NCBI GenBank assembly: GCA_037481815.1
Contig: JBBFKX010000002.1
Span: 192,001-256,000 of the forward strand
Source of the DNA: a candidate division WOR-3 bacterium
GTDB lineage: Bacteria > Hydrothermota > 32-111
Reading direction: 5' to 3'
DNA: 64,000 nt
The position numbers were made by a program, and so were the translations under genes. Shown here piece by piece: positions 42,618 to 52,693 of the stretch (position 1 is the first letter of the stretch; every line of letters starts with the position of its first letter). A model generated the notes under the pieces. That model worked only from the letters and a program-made list of their open reading frames with translations. It ran no database searches and was not told the DNA's origin.

Positions 42618-43820
42618 TCACCCAGCAACAAGAGTTATCATCTTGAACATCGGAAGATACATCGCTACCATCATTCCACCGACAACAGTTGCAAGAACAA
42701 CCATTATAAGTGGTTCAAGTGCTGACATAAGTGCTTCAACAGCAGCATCAACCTCTTCATCATAAAAGTCAGCAACTTTTATAAGCATCGATTCAAGACC
42801 ACCAGTTTCCTCTCCGATCCTGATCATCTGCACAACCATTGGAGGAAAAACTTTTTCTTTAGAAAGTGGAAGAGATATCGATTCACCTTCCTGTATCGCG
42901 GTTCTCGCTTTCAGTATCGCTGCCTCAACAATAACATTTCCAGCGGTTTTTGCAGTTGTTTCAAGTGCTGAGATAATGTTGACACCTGACGAAAGGAGTG
43001 TCGCAAGTGTTCGTGAAAATCTCGCAACAACCTGTTTTCTCTGCAGATCTCCAAAAACTGGTGCTCCAAGAGCAAGTTTATCAAAAAATACTCTTCCCTG
43101 AGGAGTATTCTGAAAAGATTTTAAAGCCACTATAATTATGACTATAGCAATAATTATAAACACAATATTTTTTCTTAAAAAATTAGAAAGGTTAACAAGT
43201 ATCGCTGTTGGAAGAGGTAGTGTACCACCAAAACTTGTGAACATACTTGCAAAGATCGGAATAACAAATATCAACATAACAGCAACAGCAATAACCATAA
43301 CAACACTTATTATAGCAGGATAAACCATCGCTCCCTTAATTTTTCTTGTTAACGCTTCGTTCTTTTCAAGATATGTTGCAAGACGGCTTAAAATCGTTTC
43401 AAGAGCACCACCTTCCTCACCTGCTTTCACCATGTTCACATAAAGTTCAGAAAAAGCGTTCTTATGTTTTCTCATCGCATCAGCAAGAGTGAGACCACTT
43501 TCAACATCGCTTATCATTTCCGAGAGAACTTTTTTAAAAGGTTTACTTTCTGTCTGCTCATGAAGAATTCTTAAACATTGCATCAACGGAAGTCCTGCTG
43601 CTATCATCGTTGAGAATTGTCTTGTAAAGATGGATATAACTTTTGTTGGAATTCCACCGCCTCCACCAATTTCTATCGATGTCCAATCCATACTTAAAGA
43701 AATTATCTGATATCCTTGTGCTTTTAAAATCTGCTCTGCTTTTTGCTTGTTTGGTGCTTCTATGGAATCCTCTTTAATTTTGCCATCTCTACCTTTTGCT
43801 TTGTATTTAAACTTTGCCAT
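42618..43820 (-). CDS. pilC: Type IV pilus platform protein
   Basis: FTRQFSTM..AGLP, AGEEGG.L, IGEETG.L, LEP, MYLPMF. Confidence 0.95.
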   Translation of the reverse strand: MAKFKYKAKGRDGKIKEDSIEAPNKQKAEQILKAQGYQIISLSMDWTSIEIGGGGGIPTKVISIFTRQFSTMIAAGLPLMQCLRILHEQTESKPFKKVLSEMISDVESGLTLADAMRKHKNAFSELYVNMVKAGEEGGALETILSRLATYLEKNEALTRKIKGAMVYPAIISVVMVIAVAVMLIFVIPIFASMFTSFGGTLPLPTAILVNLSNFLRKNIVFIIIAIVIIIVALKSFQNTPQGRVFFDKLALGAPVFGDLQRKQVVARFSRTLATLLSSGVNIISALETTAKTAGNVIVEAAILKARTAIQEGESISLPLSKEKVFPPMVVQMIRIGEETGGLESMLIKVADFYDEEVDAAVEALMSALEPLIMVVLATVVGGMMVAMYLPMFKMITLVAG

Positions 43821-43835
43821 CTATTCCCCCTTTTA

Positions 43836-44927
43836 TTAAATATTAACATTTCCTGTCTTTCTATATTCAGCAAGCATCTTTTCAAGTTCTTCTGGCTCCT
43901 TCGAAGCAGCCATCATGTTTTCAAGTGTTATCTGACCTGTTCTATAGAGTTCAAACAACGCCTGGTTCATCGTTTGCATTCCATATTTTTTTCCTGCCTG
44001 TATCATCGAATATATCTGATGTACTTTGTCATCTCTTATTAACGCCTTTATTGCTGGTGTTCCAGCGAGTATCTCCATAGCCATCGCTCTTCCACCCCTT
44101 ATCTTTGGAACGAGTGTTTGAGTCATTATCGCAATTATAACAAAAGCGAGTTGTGCTCTGACCTGGCCCTGCTGTGCTTCAGGGAAAACATCTATGATAC
44201 GGTTTATCGATTCTGCTGCTGAGTTTGTGTGAAGTGTCGCAAAAGTTAGGTGTCCTGTTTCCGATATAGTCAAAGCTGCCTGAATAGTTTCCAGATCTCT
44301 CATCTCACCTATCATCACAATATCAGGATCCTGTCTCAAAGCGTATTTCAAAGCACTTGCAAAAGATTTTGTATCTGAACCAACCTGTCTCTGGTTCACA
44401 ATACATTTTTTATGTTTGAACAAGAACTCTATCGGGTCCTCAACAGTTATTATATGACTTCTCCTTTCCTGATTGATCTGATCGATCATCGCAGCAAGTG
44501 TCGTTGATTTTCCTGAACCTGTTGGACCTGTAACGAGTATGAGTCCTTTTGGTCTTTTTGCGAACTCTGAAACTATTGGAGGTAAACCGAGTTCTTTGTA
44601 TCCTTTTATCTCAAAAGGAATCTGTCTTAAAACCATCGCTACATTTCCGCGTTGTCTGAAAACATTTCCTCTGAACCTTGAAAGGTTAGGAACCGAAATC
44701 GAAAGATCGAGTTCCCAATTCTGTTCAAATGTCTTTTTCTGTTGATCGTTTAAAACAGAATATGCGAGTTGTTCACAGTCCTGTGGTTTCAAAACATCAT
44801 AGTTCATCGGAACTATCTCTCCATCGATTCTGATACATGGAGGTAGTCCTGCTGTTATATGTAAATCTGATGCTTTTCTTTCGACCATCTCAGTTAAAAG
44901 TTGAACTATTGAAGGTAAAGGTGACAT
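43836..44927 (-). CDS. pilT: Retraction ATPase PilT
   Basis: ASDLHI, GPTGSGKST, LRQDPD, ETGHL, AIKALIRD (AIRNLIRE), GMQT. Confidence 0.95.
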   Translation of the reverse strand: MSPLPSIVQLLTEMVERKASDLHITAGLPPCIRIDGEIVPMNYDVLKPQDCEQLAYSVLNDQQKKTFEQNWELDLSISVPNLSRFRGNVFRQRGNVAMVLRQIPFEIKGYKELGLPPIVSEFAKRPKGLILVTGPTGSGKSTTLAAMIDQINQERRSHIITVEDPIEFLFKHKKCIVNQRQVGSDTKSFASALKYALRQDPDIVMIGEMRDLETIQAALTISETGHLTFATLHTNSAAESINRIIDVFPEAQQGQVRAQLAFVIIAIMTQTLVPKIRGGRAMAMEILAGTPAIKALIRDDKVHQIYSMIQAGKKYGMQTMNQALFELYRTGQITLENMMAASKEPEELEKMLAEYRKTGNVNI

Positions 44928-44938
44928 CTATAAACCTC

Positions 44939-46702
44939 CTATTCCATTACAGCTGTTTCTCTTATAACCTCTTCTATAGTAGTTAAACCCTTTTTTACTT
45001 TTATCAAAGCATCATCTCTTAGAGTTTTCATACCCTCTTTCTTCGCCTGCTCTCTCAGTTCGGCAGTTGATGCTCTTGCTAAAATCATCTCTCTGAGTTT
45101 TGGAGAGATCGGCATAACCTCTGTTACAGCCAACCTTCCCTTATAACCCTTTCCACCACAAAAATCACAACCATCTCCCTTTTCATAAACCTGATGACCT
45201 TTCAAAATCATAGGATCAATTCCATAATCCCTTAAGGTTTCCTCATCGTAAACAATCGGTTTTCTACACTTTTCACACACCTTTCTGAGCAACCTCTGCG
45301 CCTGTATCAGATTCAAAGCTGCTGACACAAGAAATGGCTCTATTCCCATATCTATCAATCTGTTGACTGTTGAAGGTGAATCGTTTGTGTGAATCGTTGA
45401 AACAACAAGGTGACCTGTGAGTGCTGCTCTTATCGCGATTTCCGCTGTTTCTGTATCTCTTATCTCTCCAACGAGTATCACGTTTGGTGATTGTCTCAAA
45501 AATGCTCTTAAAGCGGATGCAAAAGTGAAGCCAATATCCGGGTTGACCTGCACCTGATTTATTCCGTAAAGATTATACTCTATTGGATCCTCTGCTGTCA
45601 TTATCTGTATATCCGGGGTATTCAGAGATGATAGAGCAGAATATAGTGTTGTTGATTTTCCCGAACCTGTTGGACCTGTGACAAGAACTATTCCGTAAGG
45701 TTTATGTATGGCTGCCTGGAATTTTTCGAGGTTGTCCGGCTCAAATCCAAGTTTAGTCATCTCAAGTTGTAATGCTGATTTATCGAGTATTCTCATAACA
45801 ACCTTTTCACCAAAAAGCACAGGTATAATTGAAACTCTGAGGTCTATCTGTTTATCGTAGACCTTCAACCTTATTCTTCCATCCTGCGGGATGTTATGGA
45901 CTGCAATATCAAGTTCTGACATCAATTTTATTCTTGAAACTATTCCTGCCTTCAGTTCGTATGGGGGTCTTATAAGTTCAGTTAAAACTCCATCAACTCT
46001 CAGTCGAACTCTCAAATAATTTTCAAATGGTTCGATATGTATATCGGACGCTTTCAATTCAACAGCTTTTGTAAAAATATAGTTTACAATTTTAACAACC
46101 GGCTTGTCCTCCGCTGCGGAAGCACCATCGATAACTATCTCTTTCGAATCAGCTTCTCCAACAACCTCTACATCATCGTCTCCAAGAGTAATATCCTCAT
46201 CTATGTCAAGATTTACTTCTTCGTCAATATCAAGATCTATATCTATATCATCCTCTTCTGAGAACTCACTCACCTGAGTTTGTGCTTCCCTGTATTTACC
46301 GAGTGCTTTCTGGAGTGAATTTTCAGTTGTAACAACAGGAATGACATCGAGTCCAGTTTTGAATTTAACATCATCTATAGCGTTGAGATTTGCAGGATTC
46401 ACCATCGCAAGAAAGAGCATATTCCCGGTTTTCTTGTATGGGATCATCATATGTTTTGTTGCGAGTTCCTCTGGTATAAGATTCAATATTTGAATGGGAA
46501 TCTCTTCTTTATCAATGAGAATAAATTCGGTTTTAAAATATTTTGCAAGAAATTTTGCGATTTTCTCTTCTGTGGAAAAACCTAAACTCACAACCGACTT
46601 TATAAAAGATTCACCGGTCTCTTTCTGTCTTTCAAATACCTTTCCAACCTGTTCCCTGTTCAAAATTCCTGCTGAAGTGAAAAGATTTGCAAGTGTTTGC
46701 AT
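44939..46702 (-). CDS. pilB: Extension ATPase PilB (copy 2, degenerate MshEN)
   Basis: ASDIHIEP, PQDGR, GPTGSGKST, TGHLV, tetracysteine, GYKGR. Confidence 0.9.
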   Translation of the reverse strand: MQTLANLFTSAGILNREQVGKVFERQKETGESFIKSVVSLGFSTEEKIAKFLAKYFKTEFILIDKEEIPIQILNLIPEELATKHMMIPYKKTGNMLFLAMVNPANLNAIDDVKFKTGLDVIPVVTTENSLQKALGKYREAQTQVSEFSEEDDIDIDLDIDEEVNLDIDEDITLGDDDVEVVGEADSKEIVIDGASAAEDKPVVKIVNYIFTKAVELKASDIHIEPFENYLRVRLRVDGVLTELIRPPYELKAGIVSRIKLMSELDIAVHNIPQDGRIRLKVYDKQIDLRVSIIPVLFGEKVVMRILDKSALQLEMTKLGFEPDNLEKFQAAIHKPYGIVLVTGPTGSGKSTTLYSALSSLNTPDIQIMTAEDPIEYNLYGINQVQVNPDIGFTFASALRAFLRQSPNVILVGEIRDTETAEIAIRAALTGHLVVSTIHTNDSPSTVNRLIDMGIEPFLVSAALNLIQAQRLLRKVCEKCRKPIVYDEETLRDYGIDPMILKGHQVYEKGDGCDFCGGKGYKGRLAVTEVMPISPKLREMILARASTAELREQAKKEGMKTLRDDALIKVKKGLTTIEEVIRETAVME

Positions 46703-46703
46703 A

Positions 46704-48434
46704 TTACCTTAAAGCGGTCTCCTTTACAACCTCAAGTATATCTGTTACACCCTGTTTCAGTTTTCTTAAAGCAACCTCTCTCATCGTTACCAAACCATTT
46801 TCGATAGCAATTTTTTCAAGATCATCGGTTGTCAATTTTTTCATTATCGCTTTTCTTATTTCAGGTGTTATATCCATAACCTCAAAGATTCCAACCATTC
46901 CCTTATAACCAGTTCCACCACATTTTTCACATCCAGCACCTTTATAAAGTTTCGCTCCCCCGATCTCTTCAGGTGAAAAACCAAGACGATTCAACTCTTC
47001 ATCAGATATGTTATGTGGAATTTTACAGTTCTCACAGATCCTTCTCAACAATCTCTGTGATACTATACAGTTTACAGTTGAAGATATTAAAAACGGTTCA
47101 ACTCCCATATTTATCAATCTTGTTATAGTTCCAGCGGTTGAATTTGTGTGAACTGATGATAAAACAAGGTGTCCTGTCAAAGATGCTCTTATAGCGATTT
47201 CCGCTGTCTCTCTATCTCTTATCTCTCCAACCATTATAACATTTGGATCCTGTCTGAGATACGCTCTTAATGCTGATGCAAAAGTTAATCCAACCGACTC
47301 TGCAACCTGTAACTGGTTCACACCGTCAAGTGAGAACTCTACCGGATCCTCTGCGGTGGTTATGTTTATCTCAGGACTGTTTATCTTTGAAAGACATGTA
47401 TAAAGTGTTGTTGTTTTTCCTGAACCTGTTGGACCGGTTATCAATATTATCCCAACAGGGTTTCTTAATGATTTCATCAATTTTTTTTCAAGATCTGGAT
47501 CAAAACCAAGTTTATCGAATTCAAAATCAACCTTTTCTCTATCAAGGATTCTCATAGCAACCTTTTCGCCATACATCGTAGGGACTGTCGCAACACGGAT
47601 ATCTATCGGTTTTCCATGAACTTTTACCTTTATCCTACCATCCTGAGGTAATCTCGCTTCCTGAAGTTTCATATGAGCCATAACTTTTATTCTTGAAACG
47701 ATAGATTTTCTGAATTGCCATTTTGGAGGATTTTCTATAGGTCTTAAAACTCCATCTATTCTGTACCTAATCCTTAACGATTGATCGTATGGCTCAATAT
47801 GTATATCAGATGCACCCTCTTCTACCGCTTTAGTGATAAGGTTGTTTACTATTTTGACTATTGGTCCACTATCAACTGATGCTGCAAGATCACTCACAAC
47901 CTCATCCGCTTTTTCATTTTCATCCTTTTTTATGACTTCAACATTCTCTTCAACTATATCGTTCAGATCGATGTTATCAAGGTTGTCTATATCAACTTCA
48001 ATATCATCCTCTTTGGGATAATACCTATCGATGAATTCAAGAATCGATCTTTCAGATGATATCAAAGGGATAATCGTGTGTGCAATCGTAAACTGAATGT
48101 CCTGTATAACAAACATGTCCGCAGGATTAGCCATCGCAAGGTAAAGCGTCTTGCCCTCTCTTCTCACTGGAAAAATCGTATGCTGTCTTGCAAGTTTACC
48201 TGGAATTATTTGAAGCAAAGATTCATCAACCTGAATCTCTTCGAGGTTAACTGCCTGAACTTTATACTGTTTTGAAAGAAATTCGATAAGTTTTTTTTCA
48301 GAAGTGTATCCGAGTTCAACAAGAACTGTCCCTAATTTTTTGTTTGTCTGTTTTTGAACTTTTAATGCTTCATTGAGTTGCTGGTTATTTATGATTCCAG
48401 CACTTATTAAAAGTTCTCCTAATCTTTCAGCCAT
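46704..48434 (-). CDS. pilB: Extension ATPase PilB (copy 1, intact MshEN motif)
   Basis: RLGELLISAGII....L..AL..Q N-terminus; GPTGSGKTT, LRQDP, TGHLV, tetracysteine. Confidence 0.9.
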   Translation of the reverse strand: MAERLGELLISAGIINNQQLNEALKVQKQTNKKLGTVLVELGYTSEKKLIEFLSKQYKVQAVNLEEIQVDESLLQIIPGKLARQHTIFPVRREGKTLYLAMANPADMFVIQDIQFTIAHTIIPLISSERSILEFIDRYYPKEDDIEVDIDNLDNIDLNDIVEENVEVIKKDENEKADEVVSDLAASVDSGPIVKIVNNLITKAVEEGASDIHIEPYDQSLRIRYRIDGVLRPIENPPKWQFRKSIVSRIKVMAHMKLQEARLPQDGRIKVKVHGKPIDIRVATVPTMYGEKVAMRILDREKVDFEFDKLGFDPDLEKKLMKSLRNPVGIILITGPTGSGKTTTLYTCLSKINSPEINITTAEDPVEFSLDGVNQLQVAESVGLTFASALRAYLRQDPNVIMVGEIRDRETAEIAIRASLTGHLVLSSVHTNSTAGTITRLINMGVEPFLISSTVNCIVSQRLLRRICENCKIPHNISDEELNRLGFSPEEIGGAKLYKGAGCEKCGGTGYKGMVGIFEVMDITPEIRKAIMKKLTTDDLEKIAIENGLVTMREVALRKLKQGVTDILEVVKETALR

Positions 48435-48441
48435 ACAATTT

Positions 48442-48469
48442 ATTTTATTATTTTATTTTTTTAAGTCAA
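48442..48469 (-). promoter_or_regulatory. Probable leaderless sigma70 promoter of the pilB-pilB-pilT-pilC-pilS-pilR operon
   Basis: TTGACT-N16-TAAAAT-N7-ATG; -35 lies inside the pyrG 3' end. Confidence 0.65.
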
Positions 48470-50207
48470 GTTTTAATTTCAAAGATGCTCTTACAAAACC
48501 AAAGAAAAGAGGGGATGGAGAAAATATAGTTGATCTGAATTCGGGATGTGATTGTGTTGCAACAAAGAACCTATGATTCTTTAACTCTATAAACTCCATC
48601 AACTTTTCATCCTTTGATACGTTGTGATATCCTGAAAAAATTATTCCATTTTTTTCAAGTGTTTCAACGAACTGGTTGTTCACCTCATATCTGTGTCTAT
48701 GTCTCTCAAGAATAACCGGTTTATCTTTTTCAATATAACCAAGACGAAAACTGTTTTCCTTATCTTTTTTCAAAATTTCAATATAATATTTATCTTCATC
48801 TATTCTTCCGGTTTCTTTATACAATCTGTACACAAGTGTTCCTTCCACAAGATGTGCAGCGTATGCACCAAGTCTCATCGTTCCACCATACCTTGATTCT
48901 TTGATAACATTTTTCTGATTTTCTATGAAATGGATCACAGGGTATTTCGTATAAGGATCTATTTCAACAGAGTTTGCGTTTTCAAGTTTACAAACATTTC
49001 TTGCAAATTCAACTATAGCAAGTTGCATACCAAAACATAGACCAAGATAAGGTATGTTGTTCTCTCTTGCAAATCTTATAACTTTTATTTTACCTTCAAC
49101 TCCATCTTTTCCAAATCCACCTGGAACGATGAATCCATTATATTTTTTAAGATCCTTTTTGTCAATTTTTCCGTTCTCAACATCCTGTGCTGAAATCCAA
49201 TCGATTTTTACACCACAATCGTTTTTCGCACCGGAATGCTCCAGTGCCTGGGCAACAGAAATGTATGAATCTTTTAAAGAAAATTCTCCTATATCGATGT
49301 ATTTCCCTACCATTGCAATATTGATAATATCTTTTGGATTCTCGATGATGTTAACCGTTTTTTCGAGAAAACTCCAATCAGGTCTTTTTCTTGCTTTTAA
49401 TGAAAACTCTTTCAAAATCTTTTTTCCAAGTTCATCTTTTTCAAAATTTAAAGGAACCCTGTAAAGTGTATCAATATCTGGAGCAGAAATTACATGTTCA
49501 GAATCTATGTTCGCATATATTTCAATTTTTTTCTTTCTCACACTATCAAGAGGTTCCTTTGCTCTGCAAAGGATGAAATTTGGAAAAATTCCATGTTCGG
49601 AGAGGAGTTTTATCGCCTGTTGTGTTGGTTTCGTTTTCATCTCTCCAATGTGTTTCGGTGTTGGAAGATAGGTTATAAGAACATATTTTACATTCTCTTC
49701 TCCTATCTCCCGTTCAAGTGATTTTACAGCAAAAAGATAGGGGATATTTTCATAATCCCCTATCGTTCCGCCAATTTCTATCAAAACAAATTCATATCCA
49801 TTTCCTATCTCTTTGATCCTTCTTTTTATCTCATCCGAAATGTGCGGTATGAGTTGAACCGTCTGTCCTAAAAATTTTCCCTTCCTTTCATCTTCGATAA
49901 CTTTTGAGTAGACCTGTCCTGTTGTGATATTATTTTTTTTACTGAAATGCTGGTTTAAAAATCTTTCGTAATTTCCAAGATCCTGATCTATCTCACCACC
50001 ATCATCTGTCACCCATACCTCACCATGCTCGGTAGGTCTTAAAGTTCCAGCATCAAAATTTATATACGGATCAATCTTTATAGTCGTAACTTTATAACCA
50101 TAATTTTTAAGTATCATTCCTATAGATGCTGTAGCAATACCTTTTCCTACACCACTTAACACTCCTCCGGTCACAACTATAAATTTAGGAAATTTATTTT
50201 TTTTCAT
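48453..50207 (-). CDS. pyrG: CTP synthase
   Basis: GGVLSGVGKG, KTKPTQ, VPGGFG, GLCFGMQ, ERHRHRYE, HPE. Confidence 0.97.
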   Translation of the reverse strand: MKKNKFPKFIVVTGGVLSGVGKGIATASIGMILKNYGYKVTTIKIDPYINFDAGTLRPTEHGEVWVTDDGGEIDQDLGNYERFLNQHFSKKNNITTGQVYSKVIEDERKGKFLGQTVQLIPHISDEIKRRIKEIGNGYEFVLIEIGGTIGDYENIPYLFAVKSLEREIGEENVKYVLITYLPTPKHIGEMKTKPTQQAIKLLSEHGIFPNFILCRAKEPLDSVRKKKIEIYANIDSEHVISAPDIDTLYRVPLNFEKDELGKKILKEFSLKARKRPDWSFLEKTVNIIENPKDIINIAMVGKYIDIGEFSLKDSYISVAQALEHSGAKNDCGVKIDWISAQDVENGKIDKKDLKKYNGFIVPGGFGKDGVEGKIKVIRFARENNIPYLGLCFGMQLAIVEFARNVCKLENANSVEIDPYTKYPVIHFIENQKNVIKESRYGGTMRLGAYAAHLVEGTLVYRLYKETGRIDEDKYYIEILKKDKENSFRLGYIEKDKPVILERHRHRYEVNNQFVETLEKNGIIFSGYHNVSKDEKLMEFIELKNHRFFVATQSHPEFRSTIFSPSPLFFGFVRASLKLKLDLKK

Positions 50208-50214
50208 AATAGAC

Positions 50215-51828
50215 CTACTCTGTCTTATCTGTGAAAATTATTCTTCTCTTTTCAACATCGATATCGACAACCTTAAGTTCAATTTCACTATCTTTAACAT
50301 ACTCGTTTGAAAGGTTCTCGGACTGTTTTGCTATCAATCTCTGTGGAATCAGCCCCTTTACTCCATCATCAAGTGTAACATATATACTTTTATCTTTTAT
50401 TTCTGTGATTTTTCCTTTTACTATGTCTCCTTCTCTATAATTCTCGATAGGATCCTTTTGAAGTTGTTTTATCCCAAGAGAGATCCTCTGTTTTTCATTA
50501 TCGATGTTAACAACAACACATTCGACCTCATCGCCAACCTTATAAAGATCCTCAATTTTCGAAACCTTGTTATCCCATGAGATATTTGAGATGTGTAAAA
50601 GGCCTTCTATTCCTGGAGATATTTCAACGAATGCACCAAATTTTTGAATCTTTGTGATCTTTCCTTTAACCTTCTGGCCAACACTGATACTATCATAAGG
50701 GTTATCACTCAACTGTTTTAAACCCAAAGATATCCTTTCATTCTTTTTGTCTATACTGAGAACTATCGCTTCAACAGTATCACCAACCTGCATTATCTCT
50801 TGTGGTTTTTTTACATGTTGTGTCCAGGACATCTCTGATATGTGAATCAGACCTTCAACACCTTTTTCTATTTCAACAAATGCTCCATAATCTTCTATTG
50901 AGACAACCTTTCCTTTGACCCTACTACCAACTGGATATTTTTCTTCAATGTTTTCCCATGGATATGGAGTCAACTGTTTCATACCAAGATTGATTCTTCC
51001 TTTTTCCCTGTTGATCGCTGTTATAACGACTTTGACCTTATCATTCAAACTCAAAATTTCTGAAGGATGAACCAATCTTCCCCACGACATATCTGTTATA
51101 TAAAGAAGCCCATCAACTCCCTTTTCAATTTCGATAAAAGCACCAAAATCTGTTATATTTTTTACAACACCTTCAACAATATCACCAACTTTAAGATTAT
51201 TTAAGAATTCAAACTTTTTGCTTTCCTTTTCACTCTCAAGTATCAACCTTCGTGAAACGACTATGTTTCTTCTCTTATAGTTTAACTTTATAACCCTGAA
51301 CTCTGTTTTTAAACCAATAAGAGCATTCATATCCTCAACAGGCTGAAGATCTATCTGTGAACCAGGTAAAAATGCCTCAACTCCCATCAGATCAACGATC
51401 ATTCCACCTTTGACCTGTTTTTTGATTATTCCAGTTATGTTCGTCCCCTTTTCATATGACTCGTTTATTTTTGGCCAGATATTGATAAACTGAGCCTTTT
51501 TCAGAGATATATCAGCAAAACCATCCTCATTCTCAAATGCCTCGAGAAAAACTGGCACTATATCTCCCACTTTAACCTTTTCAGGTTCACTGAAATCTGA
51601 AAGAGGTATGACACCTTCAGATTTTAAACCAACTTCGATGATAACATCTTTGTCTGTTATTCTGACCACTCTTCCGTTAACAACCCTTGATTGTTCATCC
51701 TCATCCTTTTTTGAGAAAATATCAAGGTCATAACTTTTGAATGAATCATCATAGAGTTTTTTCATCTGCTCTGCTGAAAAATCTCTGTTGATGATGATTT
51801 CGACCGATTCATTTCTTTTTTCTTCCAT
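50215..51828 (-). CDS. rpsA: 30S ribosomal protein S1
   Basis: Repeated S1 domains (FGAFVEI..G.EGL.HIS), GLKSEG, AFLPGSQID. Confidence 0.95.
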   Translation of the reverse strand: MEEKRNESVEIIINRDFSAEQMKKLYDDSFKSYDLDIFSKKDEDEQSRVVNGRVVRITDKDVIIEVGLKSEGVIPLSDFSEPEKVKVGDIVPVFLEAFENEDGFADISLKKAQFINIWPKINESYEKGTNITGIIKKQVKGGMIVDLMGVEAFLPGSQIDLQPVEDMNALIGLKTEFRVIKLNYKRRNIVVSRRLILESEKESKKFEFLNNLKVGDIVEGVVKNITDFGAFIEIEKGVDGLLYITDMSWGRLVHPSEILSLNDKVKVVITAINREKGRINLGMKQLTPYPWENIEEKYPVGSRVKGKVVSIEDYGAFVEIEKGVEGLIHISEMSWTQHVKKPQEIMQVGDTVEAIVLSIDKKNERISLGLKQLSDNPYDSISVGQKVKGKITKIQKFGAFVEISPGIEGLLHISNISWDNKVSKIEDLYKVGDEVECVVVNIDNEKQRISLGIKQLQKDPIENYREGDIVKGKITEIKDKSIYVTLDDGVKGLIPQRLIAKQSENLSNEYVKDSEIELKVVDIDVEKRRIIFTDKTE

Positions 51829-52693
51829 TTTTCTTTTCCTCCTTATCTATTTTTTTTAAATATTTTCTTACATCCTCTATTATCCAGTCAGGTGTTGATG
51901 CACCTGCAACTATTCCCACTTTTTCGCTTTTTAAAATTTTATTTTTCAAACTCTCAAGTTCTTTTGATGTTTCAATATGGAAGGTATCTTTGTTCAACTG
52001 GGAACATATCTGATACAACCTTTTTGTATTCCCGCTGTTTTTTCCACCTATTACAAGCATAAGATCAACCTTTTTGGCAACATCTATCGCTGATCTCTGC
52101 CTTAAAGATGTTGCACTACAGATTGTATTAACCACATATATCTCTTTAAAATGTTCCATCAGTTCGTTCACAATCTCCTTGAACTTTTCAAGTGATTGGG
52201 TTGTCTGAGATATTATGCCGATCTTTCTTGCTTTAATATTAAAAGTATGTTTTACATCCTCTTTTTTTTCAATTACAATACCTTTGTTGTCTATCTGACT
52301 GTTGATCGCAAGGACTTCTGGATGATCCTTTTCCCCGAATATAATAACCTGATAACCTTCTTTAAAAAGTTTTATAGCATAGTTGTGTGCATTCGCAACA
52401 AATGGACATGTAGCATCAATATACTCGATCTTTTTTCTTTTTAATTTTTCTAAAAGTTCCTTCTCAACACCATGTGTCCTCAAAATCAATTTCCCATCTT
52501 TCATCTCTGAAACATCTTTTAAAGGGAAAATCCCTTTTTCTTTCAAACTATCAACAACCTGAGGATTATGTATGATCGGGCCAAGGGTGTATAAAGGTTT
52601 TTCTTTTGAGTCCCTCTCAAGATCCTCAATTATTTTCATCGCCCTTTTAACACCAAAACAGAATCCAGAATTTTTAGCAACTATGATTTTCAT
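51809..52693 (-). CDS. ispH: 4-hydroxy-3-methylbut-2-enyl diphosphate reductase
   Basis: GFCFGVKRA, DATCPFV, HPEV, QTT, TICSAT, AGASTP. Confidence 0.96.
   Translation of the reverse strand: MKIIVAKNSGFCFGVKRAMKIIEDLERDSKEKPLYTLGPIIHNPQVVDSLKEKGIFPLKDVSEMKDGKLILRTHGVEKELLEKLKRKKIEYIDATCPFVANAHNYAIKLFKEGYQVIIFGEKDHPEVLAINSQIDNKGIVIEKKEDVKHTFNIKARKIGIISQTTQSLEKFKEIVNELMEHFKEIYVVNTICSATSLRQRSAIDVAKKVDLMLVIGGKNSGNTKRLYQICSQLNKDTFHIETSKELESLKNKILKSEKVGIVAGASTPDWIIEDVRKYLKKIDKEEKKNGRKKK

Noticed and set aside
46130..46270. Repetitive ATC/TCA-rich tract as a tandem repeat
   Set aside because: It encodes the acidic linker of PilB (DDIDIDLDIDEE); not a DNA repeat element
50215..52693. Frameshifted ispH-rpsA fusion
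   Set aside because: rpsA has its own AAGGAGG SD and ATG; ordinary 20-bp overlap
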